From NCBI GenBank assembly GCA_964016885.1, contig OZ024741.1, positions 217,682,001-217,746,000 of the forward strand: a DNA stretch of 64,000 nt, given 5' to 3'. Source of the DNA: Eledone cirrhosa (Eukaryota). Below are positions 10,742-26,686 of this stretch, in pieces; position 1 is the stretch's first letter; each line of letters opens with the position of its first letter. The position numbers and the translations under genes were made by a program. The notes below the pieces were generated by a model, which was not told where the DNA came from, did no database searches, and saw nothing but the letters and a program-made list of their open reading frames with translations.

Positions 10742-13700
10742 ATACCAGAGAGGACCTGTCTCACCCATGCAGAGATGACACAGCAATGAGACAAATGGAG
10801 GTATGGTAAACCAGAGAGGACCTGTCTAACCCATGTAGAGATGTCACAGCAATGAGACTAATGGAGGTATGGTATACCAGAGAGGACCTGTCTAACCCAT
10901 GTAGAGATGACACAGCAATGAGACAAATGGAGGTATGGTAAACCAGAGAGGACCTGTCTAACCCATGTAGAGATGACACAGCAATGAGACAAATGGAGGT
11001 ATGGTAAACCAGAGAGGACCTGTCTCACCCATGTAGAGATGTCACAGCAATGAGACAAATGGAGGTATGGTATACCAGAGAGGACCTGTATAACACATGT
11101 AGAGATGTCACAGCAATGAGACAAATGGAGGTATGGTAAACCAGAGAGGACCTGTCTAACCCATGTAGAGATGACACAGCAATGAGACAAATGGAGGTAT
11201 GGTATATCAGAGAGGACCTGTCTCACCCATATAGAGATGTCACAGCAATGAGACAAATGGAGGTATGGTATATCAGAGAGGACCTGTCTCACCCATGTAG
11301 AGATGTCACAGCAATGAGACAAATGGAGGTATGGTATACCAGAGAGGACCTGTCTAACCCATGTAGAGATGTCACAGCAATGAGACAAATGGAGGTATGG
11401 TATACCAGAGAGGACCTGTCTAACCCATGTAGAGATGTCACAGCAATGAGACAAATGGAGGTATGGTATACCAGAGAGGACCTGTATAACACATGTAGAG
11501 ATGTCACAGCAATGAGACAAATGGAGGTATGGTAAACCAGAGAGGACCTGTATAACCCATGTAGAGATGACACAGCAATGAGACAAATGGAGGTATGGTA
11601 AACCAGAGAGGACCTGTATAACGAATGTAGAGATGTCACAGCAATGAGACAAATGGAGGTATGGTATACTAGAGAGGACCTGTCTAACCCATGTAGAGAT
11701 GTCACAGCAATGAGACAAATGGAGGTATGGTATACCAGAGAGGACCTGTATAACACATGTAGAGATGTCACAGCAATGAGACAAATGGAGGTATGGTAAA
11801 CGAGAGAGGACCTGTATAACCCATGTAGAGATGTCACAGCAATGAGACAAATGGAGGTATGGTATACCAGAGAGGACCTATCTCACCCATGTAGAGATGT
11901 CACAGCAATGAGACAAATGGAGGTATGGTAAACCAGAGAGGACCTGTCTCACCCATGTAGAGATGACACAGCAATGAGACCAATGGAGGTATGGTATACC
12001 AGAGAGGACCTGTCTCACCATGTAGAGATGACACAGCAATGAGACCAATGGAGGTATGGTATACCAGAGAGGACCTGTCTCACCATGTAGAGATGACACA
12101 GCAATGAGACAAATGGAGGTATGGTAAACCAGAGAGGACCTGTCTAACCCATGTAGAGATGACACAGCAATGAGACAAATGGAGGTATGGTAAACCAGAG
12201 AGGACCTGTCTCACCCATGTAGAGATGACACAGCAATGAGACAAATGGAGGTATGGTAAACCAGAGAGGACCTGTCTCACCCATGTAGAGATGACACAGC
12301 AATGAGACAAATGGAGGTATGGTATACCAGAGAGGACCTGTCTAACCCATGTAGAGATGACACAGCAATGAGACAAATGGAGGTATGGTATACCAGAGAG
12401 GACCTGTCTAACCCATGTAGGGATGTCACAGCAATGAGACAAATGGAGGTATGGTATACCAGAGAGGACCTGTATAACCCATGTAGAGATGTCACAGCAA
12501 TGAGATAAATGGAGGTATGGTAAACAGGAGAGGATCTGTCTAACCCATGTAGAGATGTCACAGCAATGAGACAAATGGAGGTATGGTATACCAGAGAGGA
12601 CCTGTCTAACCCATGTAGAGATGACACAGCAATGAGACAAATGGAGGTATGGTATACCAGAGAGGACCTGTCTCACCCATGTAGAGATGTCACAGCAATG
12701 AGACAAATGGAGGTATGGTATATCAGAGAGGACCTGTCTAACCCATGTAGAGATGTCACAGCAATGAGACAAATGGAGGTATGGTATATCAGAGAGGACC
12801 TGTCTAACCCATGTAGAGATGTCACAGCAATGAGACAAATGGAGGTATGGTATACCAGAGAGGACCTGTCTAACCCATGTAGAGATGACACAGCAATGAG
12901 ACAAATGGAGGTATGGTATACCAGAGAGGACCTGTCTCACCCATGTAGAGATGACACAGCAATGAGACAAATGGAGGTATGGTATATCAGAGAGGACCTG
13001 TCTCACCCATGTAGAGATGTCACAGCAATGAGACAAATGTAGGTATGGTATATCAGAGAGGACCTGTCTAACCCATGTAGAGATGACACAGCAATGAGAC
13101 AAATGGAGGTATGGTATACCAGAGAGGACCTGTCTCACCCATGTAGAGATGACACAGCAATGAGACAAATGGAGGTATGGTATACCAGAGAGGACCTGTC
13201 TAACCCATGTAGAGATGACACAGCAATGAGACAAATGGAGGTATGGTATATCAGAGAGGACCTGTCTAACCCATGTAGAGATGACACAGCAATGAGACAA
13301 ATGGAGGTATGGTATATCAGAGAGGACCTGTCTAACCCATGTAGAGATGTCACAGCAATGAGACAAATGGAGGTATGGTATACCAGAGAGGACCTGTCTA
13401 ACCCATGTAGAGATGACACAGCAATGAGACAAATGGAGGTATGGTATACCAGAGAGGACCTGTCTCACCCATGTAGAGATGACACAGCAATGAGACAAAT
13501 GGAGGTATGGTATATCAGAGGGGACCTGTCTAACCCATGTAGAGATGACACAGCAATGAGACAAATGGAGGTATGGTAAACAGGAGAGGACCTGTCTAAC
13601 CCATGTAGAGATGTCACAGCAATGAGACAAATGGAGGTATGGTAAACAGGAGAGGACCTGTCTAACCCATGTAGAGATGACACAGCAATGAGACAAATGG

Positions 13701-14000
13701 AGGTATGGTATACCAGAGAGGACCTGTCTCACCCATGTAGAGATGACACAGCAATGAGACAAATGGAGGTATGGTATATCAGAGAGGACCTGTCTAACCC
13801 ATGTAGAGATGACACAGCAATGAGACAAATGGAGGTATGGTAAACAGGAGAGGACCTGTCTAACCCATGTAGAGATGTCACAGCAATGAGACAAATGGAG
13901 GTATGGTATACCAGAGAGGACCTGTCTCACCCATGTAGAGATGTCACAGCAATGAGACAAATGGAGGTATGGTATACCAGAGAGGACCTATCTCACCCAT
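10742..14000 (+). repeat. 66-bp minisatellite (~49 copies, ~3.3 kb) derived from an RTE ORF end
   Basis: Unit agagatg(a/t)cacagcaatgagacaaatggaggtatggta(t/a)accagagaggacctgtct(a/c)acccatgt; both flanks continue as RTE-like sequence. Confidence 0.97.
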
Positions 14001-14104
14001 GCTAAGCTGGTGAAAGCTGACCTCAAGATATCAAACCTTACAAAGGAGATGACACAGGAATGAGACAAATGAAGAAGACATGTCTAACATATGAAAATGT
14101 GGAA

Positions 14105-14225
14105 AAAATGAATGGTGGAGGAAACAATGGTGGAGGAGATAATGGTGGAGGAAATAATGGTGGAGGAGATAATGGTGGAGGAGATAATGGTGGAGGAGAT
14201 AATGGTAGAGGAAACAATGGTGGCA
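14105..14225. repeat. 15-bp repeat aatggtggaggagat
   Basis: Direct reading. Confidence 0.85.
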
Positions 14226-14359
14226 CCAACAAGGAAATTGTGATGAGAAGGTGGCATTTACTTTATTTTCTAACATCAAATCAATATTATTTCTTTCCCA
14301 CTCTTTCTCTCTTCCCCCTCATACAATCTCTTTTATAACTTTATTTCCCTCCCTCTCTC

Positions 14360-17400
<3,041 letters not shown>

Positions 17401-17609
17401 TAGGCGTGCTCACTCTTTTGTTTCCGATTTTCGACATGAAATTTTGAAAAACTGTCAATAGAAAAAGCTCACCTCAGCATGAACCAACAAGACAGCTTCA
17501 ACATGGTCAATTGACCTGCTAGAAATACCAGCTACACTTCCTCCTTTGTCATACTCTACTGTCTCAAATCAGCTGATATCTAAGGGCTACATTGGATAAC
17601 AATGCCTGA

Positions 17610-18116
17610 TTAAAAGACGAGATGGTCATGATTGGAACCCCATTTAATGTAGCTTTTGTTAACCCTGAATAAAAGACGAGATGGTCATGATTGGAACCCC
17701 TTTTAATGTAGCCTTGTTAACCCTGAATAAAAGACGAGCTAGTCATGATTGGAACCCCTTTTAATGTAACCTTGTTAACCCTGCATAAAAGACGAGATGG
17801 TCATGATTGGAACCCCTTTTAATGTAGCCTTGTTAACCCTGAATAAAAGACAAGATGGTCATGATTGGAACCCCTTTTAATGTAGCCTTGTTAACCCTGA
17901 ATAAAAGACGAGATGGTCATAATGTAACCTTGTTAACCCTGCATAAAAGACGAGATGGTCATGATTGGAACCCCTTTTAATGTAGCACTTGTTAACCCTG
18001 AATAAAAGATGAGATGGTCATAGTTGGAACCCTTTCTAATGTAGCACTTGTTAACTCTGAATAAAAGACGAGATGGTCATAGTTGAAACCCTTTATAATG
18101 TAGTTCTTGTTAACCC
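17610..18116. repeat. 58-bp minisatellite (~9 copies)
   Basis: gaataaaagacgagatggtcatgattggaaccccttttaatgtagccttgttaaccct at 17667, 17725, 17783... Confidence 0.92.
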
Positions 18117-18248
18117 TTTTCATACCAAACCATCTCCTGGTTCTACAATACTAAACTGGTTTTTTTTTTAAGTGTTTATATATTTAAAAAAAAAAACCTT
18201 CCATTGTAATTTTATGTAAGAGCCTTTACATTCCAGACACCAGCGTAA

Positions 18249-18469
18249 CCCTTTAGCATTTACATTACTCTATATATACTACTATATTTTCATGGTAAAG
18301 TCTTTATCTCACCTGATTATCTCACATAATATCGAATCTATGAGATTTTGATATTATTTATGTTGAGAATAATACCTTAACATCAGTATGTGTGGCCAAT
18401 TACAGCTGATTTGAACAGAAAGAGGTGAGAGAATTCTGGCCGGATATGGCCGGTTTAAATGCTAAAGGG
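18249..18469. mobile_element. 221-bp piggyBac-like MITE
   Basis: TIR CCCTTTAGCATTTA / TAAATGCTAAAGGG, TAA on the left and TTAA on the right; second copy inverted at 52314-52535. Confidence 0.85.
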
Positions 18470-18477
18470 TTAAAAAG

Positions 18478-18675
18478 GATTGATTGACTTTTGTCAAATC
18501 AGACTGAGGAAACAATGTTTTCGTTGGTCTTTCCAGTTGCTAGTACTATCTATTGGTTGCAACGTGAAATAAAGTGTCTCGCTCAAGGACATAACGCATT
18601 GCCCGGTCCAGGAATGGAACTCACAACCTCAAGATTGTGAATCCAATTCTCTAACCACAGAGCCACAAGCCTTCA
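18478..18675 (-). mobile_element. SINE family B, tail type 3
   Basis: Head and core as family B; tail shared with 24040-24240 and 63500-63715. Confidence 0.8.
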
Positions 18676-18689
18676 CTTAATAATGAGAA

Positions 18690-18890
18690 ATTTGGCAGTA
18701 TTGGTAGAGTGCTAGACACCACACTACGTGGCACTGAGTTCTGAATTCAAATCCCACCGAGGTTAACTTTGCCTTTCATCCTTATGGGGTCGATAGAATA
18801 AAGTACCAGCAATGCACTGAGGTCAATTTTAATCGACTATCCCTTCCGCCAAAATTGCTGGCATTGTGTCTATAGTAGAAACAATTATTA
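18690..18890 (+). mobile_element. SINE family A
   Basis: A box tggcagtattgg, B box gaattcaaatcc, body and tail. Confidence 0.85.
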
Positions 18891-18961
18891 AATCTCTCTA
18901 AATTCATGGGTATTTTTCAAAATTATTTGAAATTCATAGGTTGTGCGTTTCATTAGAAATA

Positions 18962-19674
18962 CTAGCAGAAAAACCACCCATCGGGTGGTTTTTCAAATAA
19001 AATCGTAATTGACAATATACACAGAAATTGAACGAAGACTGCGTTACACTGTCCTATGTAATCAGTAACATAATCCATGATACATTAAAAAAAGACAATA
19101 TTATATATAAACTGCATTAGGAGAAAATTAGTGACAGAAATATATGAATATTTATTTAAACGATCACTAACTGGAAGTGTTGAGATTTGAAAATTTTAAA
19201 GAAGTGAATCTTTAAATAAGTAATAAAATATATTTAATGAACAGCCATGAAATTTAGTAGATAAATTATGTAATATTCATTCATTATTTATTCAACGTTG
19301 GTTGACTTTGAACAGCCATGAAATTTAGTAGATAAATTATGTAATATTCATTCATTATTTATTCAACGAGGTTGACTTTGCCTTTCATCCTTACGGGGTC
19401 GATAAAATAAAGTACCAGTAATGCACTGGGTAATTGCTGGCCTTGTGCCTAAAGTAGAAACAATTGTTTATTCAACGTAATCCAAGGTTAACTTTGCCTT
19501 TCATCCTTACAGGGTCGATAAAATAAAGTACCAGTAATGCACTGGGTAATTGCTGGCCTTGTGCCTAAAGTAGAAACAATTATTTATTCAACGTAATCCA
19601 ACTTATTTTACTAAGAGGATAAAAAATTATAAACCATACGCAGTCCCGCGCTTCTTACTTTATTATAGTTTAGA
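18962..19674 (-). mobile_element. Non-autonomous Helitron (713 bp including two SINE A 3' pieces)
   Basis: Minus strand A|TCTAAACTATAATAAAG ... hairpin AAAACCACCC-GAT-GGGTGGTTTT-TCTG-CTAG|T, no TSD; excision restores gaaata|tggtaac as seen at 6782-6795. Confidence 0.85.
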
Positions 19675-19694
19675 TGGTAACGAAAGTGTTAAAG

Positions 19695-20010
19695 TCATCA
19701 TCATCATTATTTTAATGTCCGCTTTCCATGTTAACAAGGGTTGGACAGGTCTACATATACAAATCAGTACTGAAGTGGGACCACTGATCTCCCAGACAAG
19801 CCAGGTATCTGTGTCTCGTTTATGTACTCTCTCACGTTCTACCGCGTGCACAGGAGAGATTATCGTGTCTTTGAAACAACTGATGGGTTCTCCTAACCCT
19901 TTGTCTGTCAAGCTTTCTATGGCTGGATACCCTTCCTATCACCAACCACTTTACAGCATGTACTGGATGTGGTTATCATCTGGGTCACCAACACTAGGGA
20001 GGTTATATCT
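19695..20010 (-). mobile_element. RTE-type 3' UTR (second tail family) with (TGA)n tail
   Basis: Similar to 32145-32345 and 63730-64000. Confidence 0.7.
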
Positions 20011-20037
20011 TTGACTAGACTGAATGTTTTTATCTGA

Positions 20038-20240
20038 AGTGGATTGGCAGTATCGGACACCATGCTTTGTGGCATATAGTTATGTTCCTTTACATTCTGA
20101 GTTCAAATCCTGCCAAGGTTAACTTTACCTTTCATCCTTTTGGTGGTTGATAAAATAAAGTACCAGTAATAAACTGGGGTGAATTTAATCGACATTCCTT
20201 TTCTATTCAAATTGCTATCCTTGTGCCAATTGTAGAAGAA
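20038..20240 (+). mobile_element. SINE family A
   Basis: A/B boxes, body, tail. Confidence 0.8.
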
Positions 20241-20314
20241 ACATTTATCTGAAGTCCTTCCTTCTTAATTTTATGTCAGAACAACTTACTAATCAGAAAG
20301 TTGGTATTGTTACT

Positions 20315-21660
20315 AATCTAATATACTACTACTACTACCACTATCATTACTAATACTACTACTATTACTACTGCTGCTGCTACTACTGCCACCACCACCA
20401 CTACTACTGCTATCACCACCACCACCACCACTACTACTACTACTAATACTACTACTACCTGTGTTCACTGATGTCAAATCTGGGGTCAATAAAATTATGT
20501 ACCAGTCAAGTGTTGGGGGAAGGGTCAATGTAATCAAATCTCCTACAAAACATTTCTGGTTTTGTGTCTAAATTAGAAGTCACTTTTATAACTGTATAGT
20601 TGGTGTTGGTGGTGTTGTTATTGGTATTGTTGGTGCTGGTGGTGTTGTTGGTGGTGGTGGTGTTGTTGATGGTGGTGTTGTTGTTGGTGGTGTTGTTGTT
20701 GGTGGTGTTGTTGGTGGTGGTGGTGTTATTGTTGCTGCCTGTGTTGGCACTGGTGTTGTTGTTGTTATTGTTGCTGTCTGTGTTGGCATTGGTGGTGGTG
20801 TTGTTGGTGGAGGTGTTGGTGGTGTTGGTATTGTTGTCTGTGTTGGCATTGGTGGTGTTATTGTTTGTTGTTGGTGTTGTTATCTGTTGTATATAGTACT
20901 GTCCTAAACTGATCTTTCCCCAAAATAGACAATTATGGCATCATGGGATAATAAAGAGAAAAACTAATGTAAATTATTATCTTTTTAAACTGGTCGAATA
21001 AAAGTAGCAGCAGCAGCAACAACAAACCCACCACCACCAACAACAACCCCACCAACACCACAACCACTATCAACACAACACCACAACCATGACCACTACC
21101 AACAACACAACCATAACCAAGACCACCAACACCACAACCAAGACCACCAACACTAAGACTACCACCACAACCACCACCACTGCCAATAACACAAACACCA
21201 CCACTATAACCACCAACAACAATACCAACACCAATCATGACCAACAACACTAACACCACTCATGACCATGACCAACACTACCAACAACACCAGAACCATG
21301 ACCACAACCACTACCACTACCAATAACACCAAGATCACACATCATGACCACTACCACCACCAACAACACCACAACCACTAACATCACCAAAACCACCACT
21401 ACCAACAACACCAACACCACAACCAAGACCACCAACACTAACACTACCACAACAACCACCACCAATAAGACCAACATCACAACCATGACCACCAATACCA
21501 CCACCACTACCAATAACACCAACACCACAACCATGACCACCACCACCACCACTAACACCAACACCACACATCATGACCACTACCCCCCAACAACACCAAC
21601 ACCACACCATGACCCCTAACATCACCAAAACCACCACCACCAATACCAACACCAACAACG
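20315..21660. repeat. Degenerate trinucleotide tracts: (CTA/CCA)n, (GGT/GTT)n at 20598-20885, (ACC/AAC)n at 21005-21660
   Basis: Direct reading. Confidence 0.9.
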
Positions 21661-21984
21661 ATATTTTCAATCAAAGATCAATATTTGTGTTTTTTTTCTT
21701 CATTTATTGACCGATATTTCAATCGATTCCTGAATAAATGATTGTATCATGTGGATCATCAACTGGTGTTGTTGGCAAAAGTGCAACGAGGAAGTGTTTC
21801 TAGAAAAATTAATATTTGAGTCGGATGATTTTTGGAGGGGGCCAAAGAAACTATTTAATCAGTTGGGAACCCCAGGTTGGCTGATTTCCATTGTTTAATA
21901 CAAACAACAATTGTTTATAACCAAACATTGAATATAAAGTTGAGGGAAAATATGGTGCCAGGGAGTAAGGAAAGTACTCTGGAC

Positions 21985-22400
21985 ATCATCATCATCTTTT
22001 TCGTTTTCATAATCATCACCATATTCGTTTAATGTCCATTTTCCACGCTAGCATGGGTTAGATGGGTTGTCTTATTTGAGGCAAGTGAGATCAGGTGACC
22101 GTGTTTTGCTCATACAGAACTGTTTCTGGTTTGGTTTCTATGGCTGGATGCCCTTCCTAATGCCAACTACATGTGTGTACTGGGTGCTTTTTATCGTGAC
22201 ACCTACACGACCACTTTACAGTGTGTACTGGGTGCTTTTTATTGTGACACCTACTCAACCACTTTACAGTGTGTACTGGGTGCTTTTGATTGTGACACCT
22301 ACATGACCACTTTACAGTGTGTACTGGGTGCATTTTATCATGGCACCAGCACAAGAAAGGTTATCATGTACTTGATACAATTGAAGAGTTCTCACAAACC
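21985..22400 (-). mobile_element. RTE 3' UTR copy with ~4 48-bp units
   Basis: catcatc tail, ttccacgctagcatgggttaga, ggatgcccttcctaa, then cactttacagtgtgtactgggtgc units. Confidence 0.85.
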
Positions 22401-22459
22401 TTTGTTTGGGATGGCTGCTATAGTTTGATACCCATTGTTCCCCTAACCATCTTACAGGG

Positions 22460-22765
22460 TGTCATCATCATCATCATCGTTTAACGTCCATTTTCCATGC
22501 TAGCATGGGTCTGGACGGGAATTGTCCCACTTGAGGCAAAATTGGTTGTCTTGCTCAGGACTGTCTGGATGCCCTTCCTAACACCAACCACGTTTACAGT
22601 GTGGACTGGGAGGTTTTTACCGTGTTACCTACACGGCCACATTACAGCGTGGACTGTGTGTTTTTTTTGTCGTGACACCTACACAACCTCATTTATTTAG
22701 GACTGGATGTTGTGGTACCAACATAACTTTACATCGAACGGGGTGGTGTAGATGGCGGTGGGGGT
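22460..22765 (-). mobile_element. ~300-bp non-autonomous RTE-tailed element (family C)
   Basis: Same 5' block (caccaccccgttc.atgtaaagttatgttgg) and tail as 40318-40635 and 60090-60430. Confidence 0.8.
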
Positions 22766-23011
22766 AGGTGTATTGGATGCATTTTAATTGTGGTACCAGT
22801 ACTAGAGAGGTTGTCATGCCCTTGACATAACTAAAGAGTCCTTTTAGCCCTTTATTTCTTATGGTTTCTATGGTTGGATGTGCTTCCAAACACCAACCAT
22901 TTTACTGAGTGTACTGAATGTAATTTATCATGGCACCAGCACTAGGAAGGTTGACATGTCTTTGACACAACTGAAGAGTCCTTTCAATCCAATGTTTACC
23001 ATGTTCTATAT

Positions 23012-23303
23012 CAGTCATGGGCAACTTGCGGCCCGCAAAGCTTTCTGAATGGCTCGCCTAAGTCACCTAAGTGAAATCTTTCTGATTTTTTTACCCTAAC
23101 TTTTCAGTCATAATCTATCTTTCTATCATTTTTACGATCGAGGAAAACAATGTGTATGAATTCTGAAGAAACAAATCAAAACAACCTGAGTTACCACCCT
23201 TTTTTTTTAATGTGGGCATGAATGTAAATTAGCACTTGCGGCCCGCCTGATGATGAGCCATATCTCATGCGGCCCGCTTCTCAAAAAAGGTTGCCCATGC
23301 CTG
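23012..23303. mobile_element. 292-bp hAT (Charlie-like) MITE
   Basis: TIR CAGTCATGGGCAAC / GTTGCCCATGCCTG, subterminal gcggcccgc motifs, 8-bp TSD ttctatat/gtctatat; interrupts an RTE 3' UTR. Confidence 0.85.
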
Positions 23304-23429
23304 GTCTATATAGTTGGATGCCCTTCCTGTCACAGAGTGAACAGGGTGTATTTTATTGTGGTACCAGCACTAGGGAAGTTGTCATGTGTAAGTTAATATC
23401 CCAGCCATTCCATACACTTTCAACAGTAA

Positions 23430-24860
23430 TAATGATACAAGGTCAACAATTTGGGAGGAGGGAAAAGTTAATAAATCGACTCCAGTTCATTACTGGTACT
23501 TTATCGATCCCGGAAGGATGAAAAGTAAAGCTAACCTTGGCGAGATTTGAACTCAGAGCGTAAAATGCCATAATTCTATGCAACAAAGCCTGTTGCCCAA
23601 TGCTCTACCGATTCTGCCAGTCCACCATCCTTTATAATAAAAATAAGTAATATATTTAAAGATAAGTGGGAGGTGGGTTGGTGGACTCAGTAGAGCGTCG
23701 GACAAATGTGAAGCAACATTTATTCCAGCTGTTTAGGTTGTGTTCATATTTCAGATGCTCCACAAACTCTTGACAAAGATAATGATGTCTAATTTAGACA
23801 CAAGGCCAACAATTTGTGTGGAAGGGGAAAGTTGATTACATCGACCCCAGTACGTGACTGGTACTTTATCTAATTGAGCCAACAAGGAAGAAAGACAAAG
23901 TTGACGTATGGTTTTTAATTTAGGTGCAAGGTCAGCATTCAGCCCATTTGCCACCCCCTCTTTCAAGGCCAGAGATCGGGAGGGCAGGGAAAGTCAATTA
24001 AATCAACCCTAGTATTTAACTGGTACTTTATTTAATTATGAAGGCGCATGGCTGAGTGGTTAGAGAATTTGATTTGCAATCGTGAGATTGTGAGTTCGAT
24101 TCCCAGACCAGGTGATGCGTTATGTCCTTGAGCAAGACATTTTATTTCACGTTGCTCCTACCTGGAGTTGCGACCGATAGATAGTATTAGCAACTGGAAA
24201 GACCAATTGTTCCTCAGTTCGATTTGACGAAAGTCGATCGTTCCTTTTTTTTATTTTATTGACTCCAAAAGGATGAAAGCAAAGTTGACTTCTGCAGGAT
24301 TTGAACTCAGAATGTAGTAAGTTGGAACTAAAACCCACAAAGAATTTTGTCTGTTGCTCTACCGATTCTGCTAATCCTCAGCCCTCAATTATTATTTTCT
24401 TTCTTTAAATGAATGACAAGATCCCAGACCTCATTCACTTACCGAGTGGTGTGGAACTCGTCAGATCAGACCCATGAAACAATGTTTCCATTGGTCTTTT
24501 CAACAATTGCTAATACTCTCTCCCAGTTGTAATTTCTGGCAAAAGGAACATGAAATAAAATATCTTGCTCAAGGACATAACACATCGTCTGGTCTGGAAA
24601 TTGAACTCCCAACCTCATGATTGTGAATCAATATAATAATTGTTTCTACTTTAGGCACAAGGCCAGCAATTTGAAGGGGAGGGGAAAGCCAATTAAATCT
24701 ACCCAGTGTATTACTGGTACTTTATTTTATTGCCCCTGTAAGGATGAAAGGCAAAGCTAACTTTGGCAGGATTCAAACTCAGAACGTAAAGGGCCGTCAC
24801 TATGCTATGAAGCATAGTGTCCGACACTCTACTAATACTGCCTATCTACCGCCCTTGGTG
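23430..24860. mobile_element. SINE cluster: several family A copies (mostly -) and family B copies at 24040-24240 (+) and 24460-24625 (-)
   Basis: Repeated family-diagnostic motifs. Confidence 0.8.
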
Positions 24861-24899
24861 GATTTGCAGTATTGGTAGTATGATAATAAAGCCGATGAT

Positions 24900-25253
24900 G
24901 TAGGACCGTGACTTCTGGTGTCACGCAGTAATACAGAAGACCCGACTTCCCACGGGCACAAGCCGAAGCTGAAGCATATAGACAATATGCCCCCACCCCC
25001 TCCCACAGCAAAGTGGTTGTGGAGGTGCCACAGAAAAAAAAGCACCCAGCCCACACTGTAAAATGGACGTGGAGGTGCCACGGCAAAAAGCACCCAGCAC
25101 TCACTGTAAATGAGGTTGGTGTTAGGAAGCGCATCCAGCTGTAGAAATCAAGCCAGAATCAGTTGAGCAAGACAAGGTCAGCCGACCGGCTACTGCCCAC
25201 AACAGGACAACCCGTCTAACCCATGCTAGCATGGAAGAATGGACGTAAAATAG

Positions 25254-25283
<30 letters not shown>
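24900..25283 (+). mobile_element. 5'-truncated copy (~380 bp) of the young RTE family
   Basis: gaccgtgacttctgg..tcacgcagtaataca through the 3' UTR to (TGA)n, closely matching the reverse complement of 26384-26750. Confidence 0.9.
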
Positions 25284-25284
<1 letters not shown>

Positions 25285-25704
25285 TGGTTTCTGATTTAGG
25301 TACAAGGTCAGCAATTTTGGGGGAAGGGAAAGTCAATTAAATCGACCCCAGTGTGTTACTGGTACTTTATTTTATTGACACCGTAGCTAACCTCGGCAGG
25401 ATTTCAACTCATAACGTAAAGGGCCGTAACTCCATGCCACTAAGCATGGTGTCCGACATGCACCTAATTTATTAGGAGCTGAAAACAGTTGTTTTGTTCT
25501 GTTTTTGTGTAACTTCTTCCCTTGTACTCGATGACATACACAGACAACATTCTTAAATGTTACGTCAGACAAATTGTTAAATATAGACAACCTGATCACT
25601 GCCAGGACATTTTTAATCATAGGTTTACTATAGGATTGAACCCAACCTAGGGTTAAATAACAAATGACCGCCTGCACACCAGAATTACCAAGTTCATAGC
25701 AATT

Positions 25705-26130
25705 GACACCAACAACACCCACCACCAACAACATCACCACCACTACCACCACCACCACCATCACCAACAGCACCACCACTACCACCAACACCAACAGCAC
25801 CACCACTATCATTACCACTTCCAACAACAACACCACCACCACCACCACTAACATTAACAATACCACCAACCACAACATCCTCAACAGCACCACCACCATC
25901 ACAACCAACAACACGACTACCAACATCATCAACATCAACACCACATCATCATCATCATCATCATCACCACTATCAACAGCAACACTACCAACATCACTAA
26001 CATCACCACCACCATCAACGTCACCCTCACCACCATCACTACCAACATCATCAACATCAACACCATCACCAACATCAACAGCAACACTACCAACAACATC
26101 ACCACTAACTTCACCACCACCACTGCTACA
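25705..26130. repeat. (ACC/AAC/ATC)n low-complexity tract
   Basis: Direct reading. Confidence 0.9.
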
Positions 26131-26330
26131 GTGATCATAGATTTGGTCAATGAAGGCTGACCTATGGTTAAACAGCAACAACAACAACACTGCTGTAAGA
26201 CAATCAATACCACCCACCCCTCCATTAATACATTACATAAGTCATCTGTTTCATTGAATTGGAGAGATTACATGTTGTTGGCATCTGTATTCCTTTGTCT
26301 CTTGTGTGTGTTATGGATACACATGCATAC

Positions 26331-26369
<39 letters not shown>

Positions 26370-26686
26370 TACATACATACATACATCATCATCATCATCA
26401 TCATCACCGTTTTACGTCCGTTCTTCCACGCTAGCATGGGTTAGACGGGTTGTCCTGTTGTGGGCAGTGTCTGGTCGGCTGACCATGCCTTGCTCATACA
26501 GGAACTGATCTGGCTTGATTTCTACAGCTGGATGCCCTTCCTAACACCAACCTCATTTACAGTGAGTGCTGGGTGCTTTTTCGTGGCGCCTACACGTCCA
26601 CTTTACAGTGTGGGCTGGGTGCTTTTTTGCCGTGGCACCTCCACGACCACCTTGCGGTGGGGGGGGGGGCATATTGTTTATATGCT

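Larger units (their letters stand above)
18114..19688. mobile_element. Outer piggyBac-like MITE interrupted by nested insertions
   Basis: TTAA|CCCTTTTCATACC ... GGTAACGAAAGTG|TTAA; the same right end appears uninterrupted at 6775-6806 and 3004-3034. Confidence 0.6.

Noticed and set aside
10858-13960. 330-aa and 626-aa Cys/His-rich repeat ORFs
   Set aside because: Open only because the 66-bp unit is a multiple of 3; the unit derives from an RTE end on the opposite strand
20598-21660. Mucin-like Thr/Pro ORFs and opposed (GGT)n/(ACC)n tracts
   Set aside because: Simple trinucleotide repeats without splice or coding context; complementarity is only compositional
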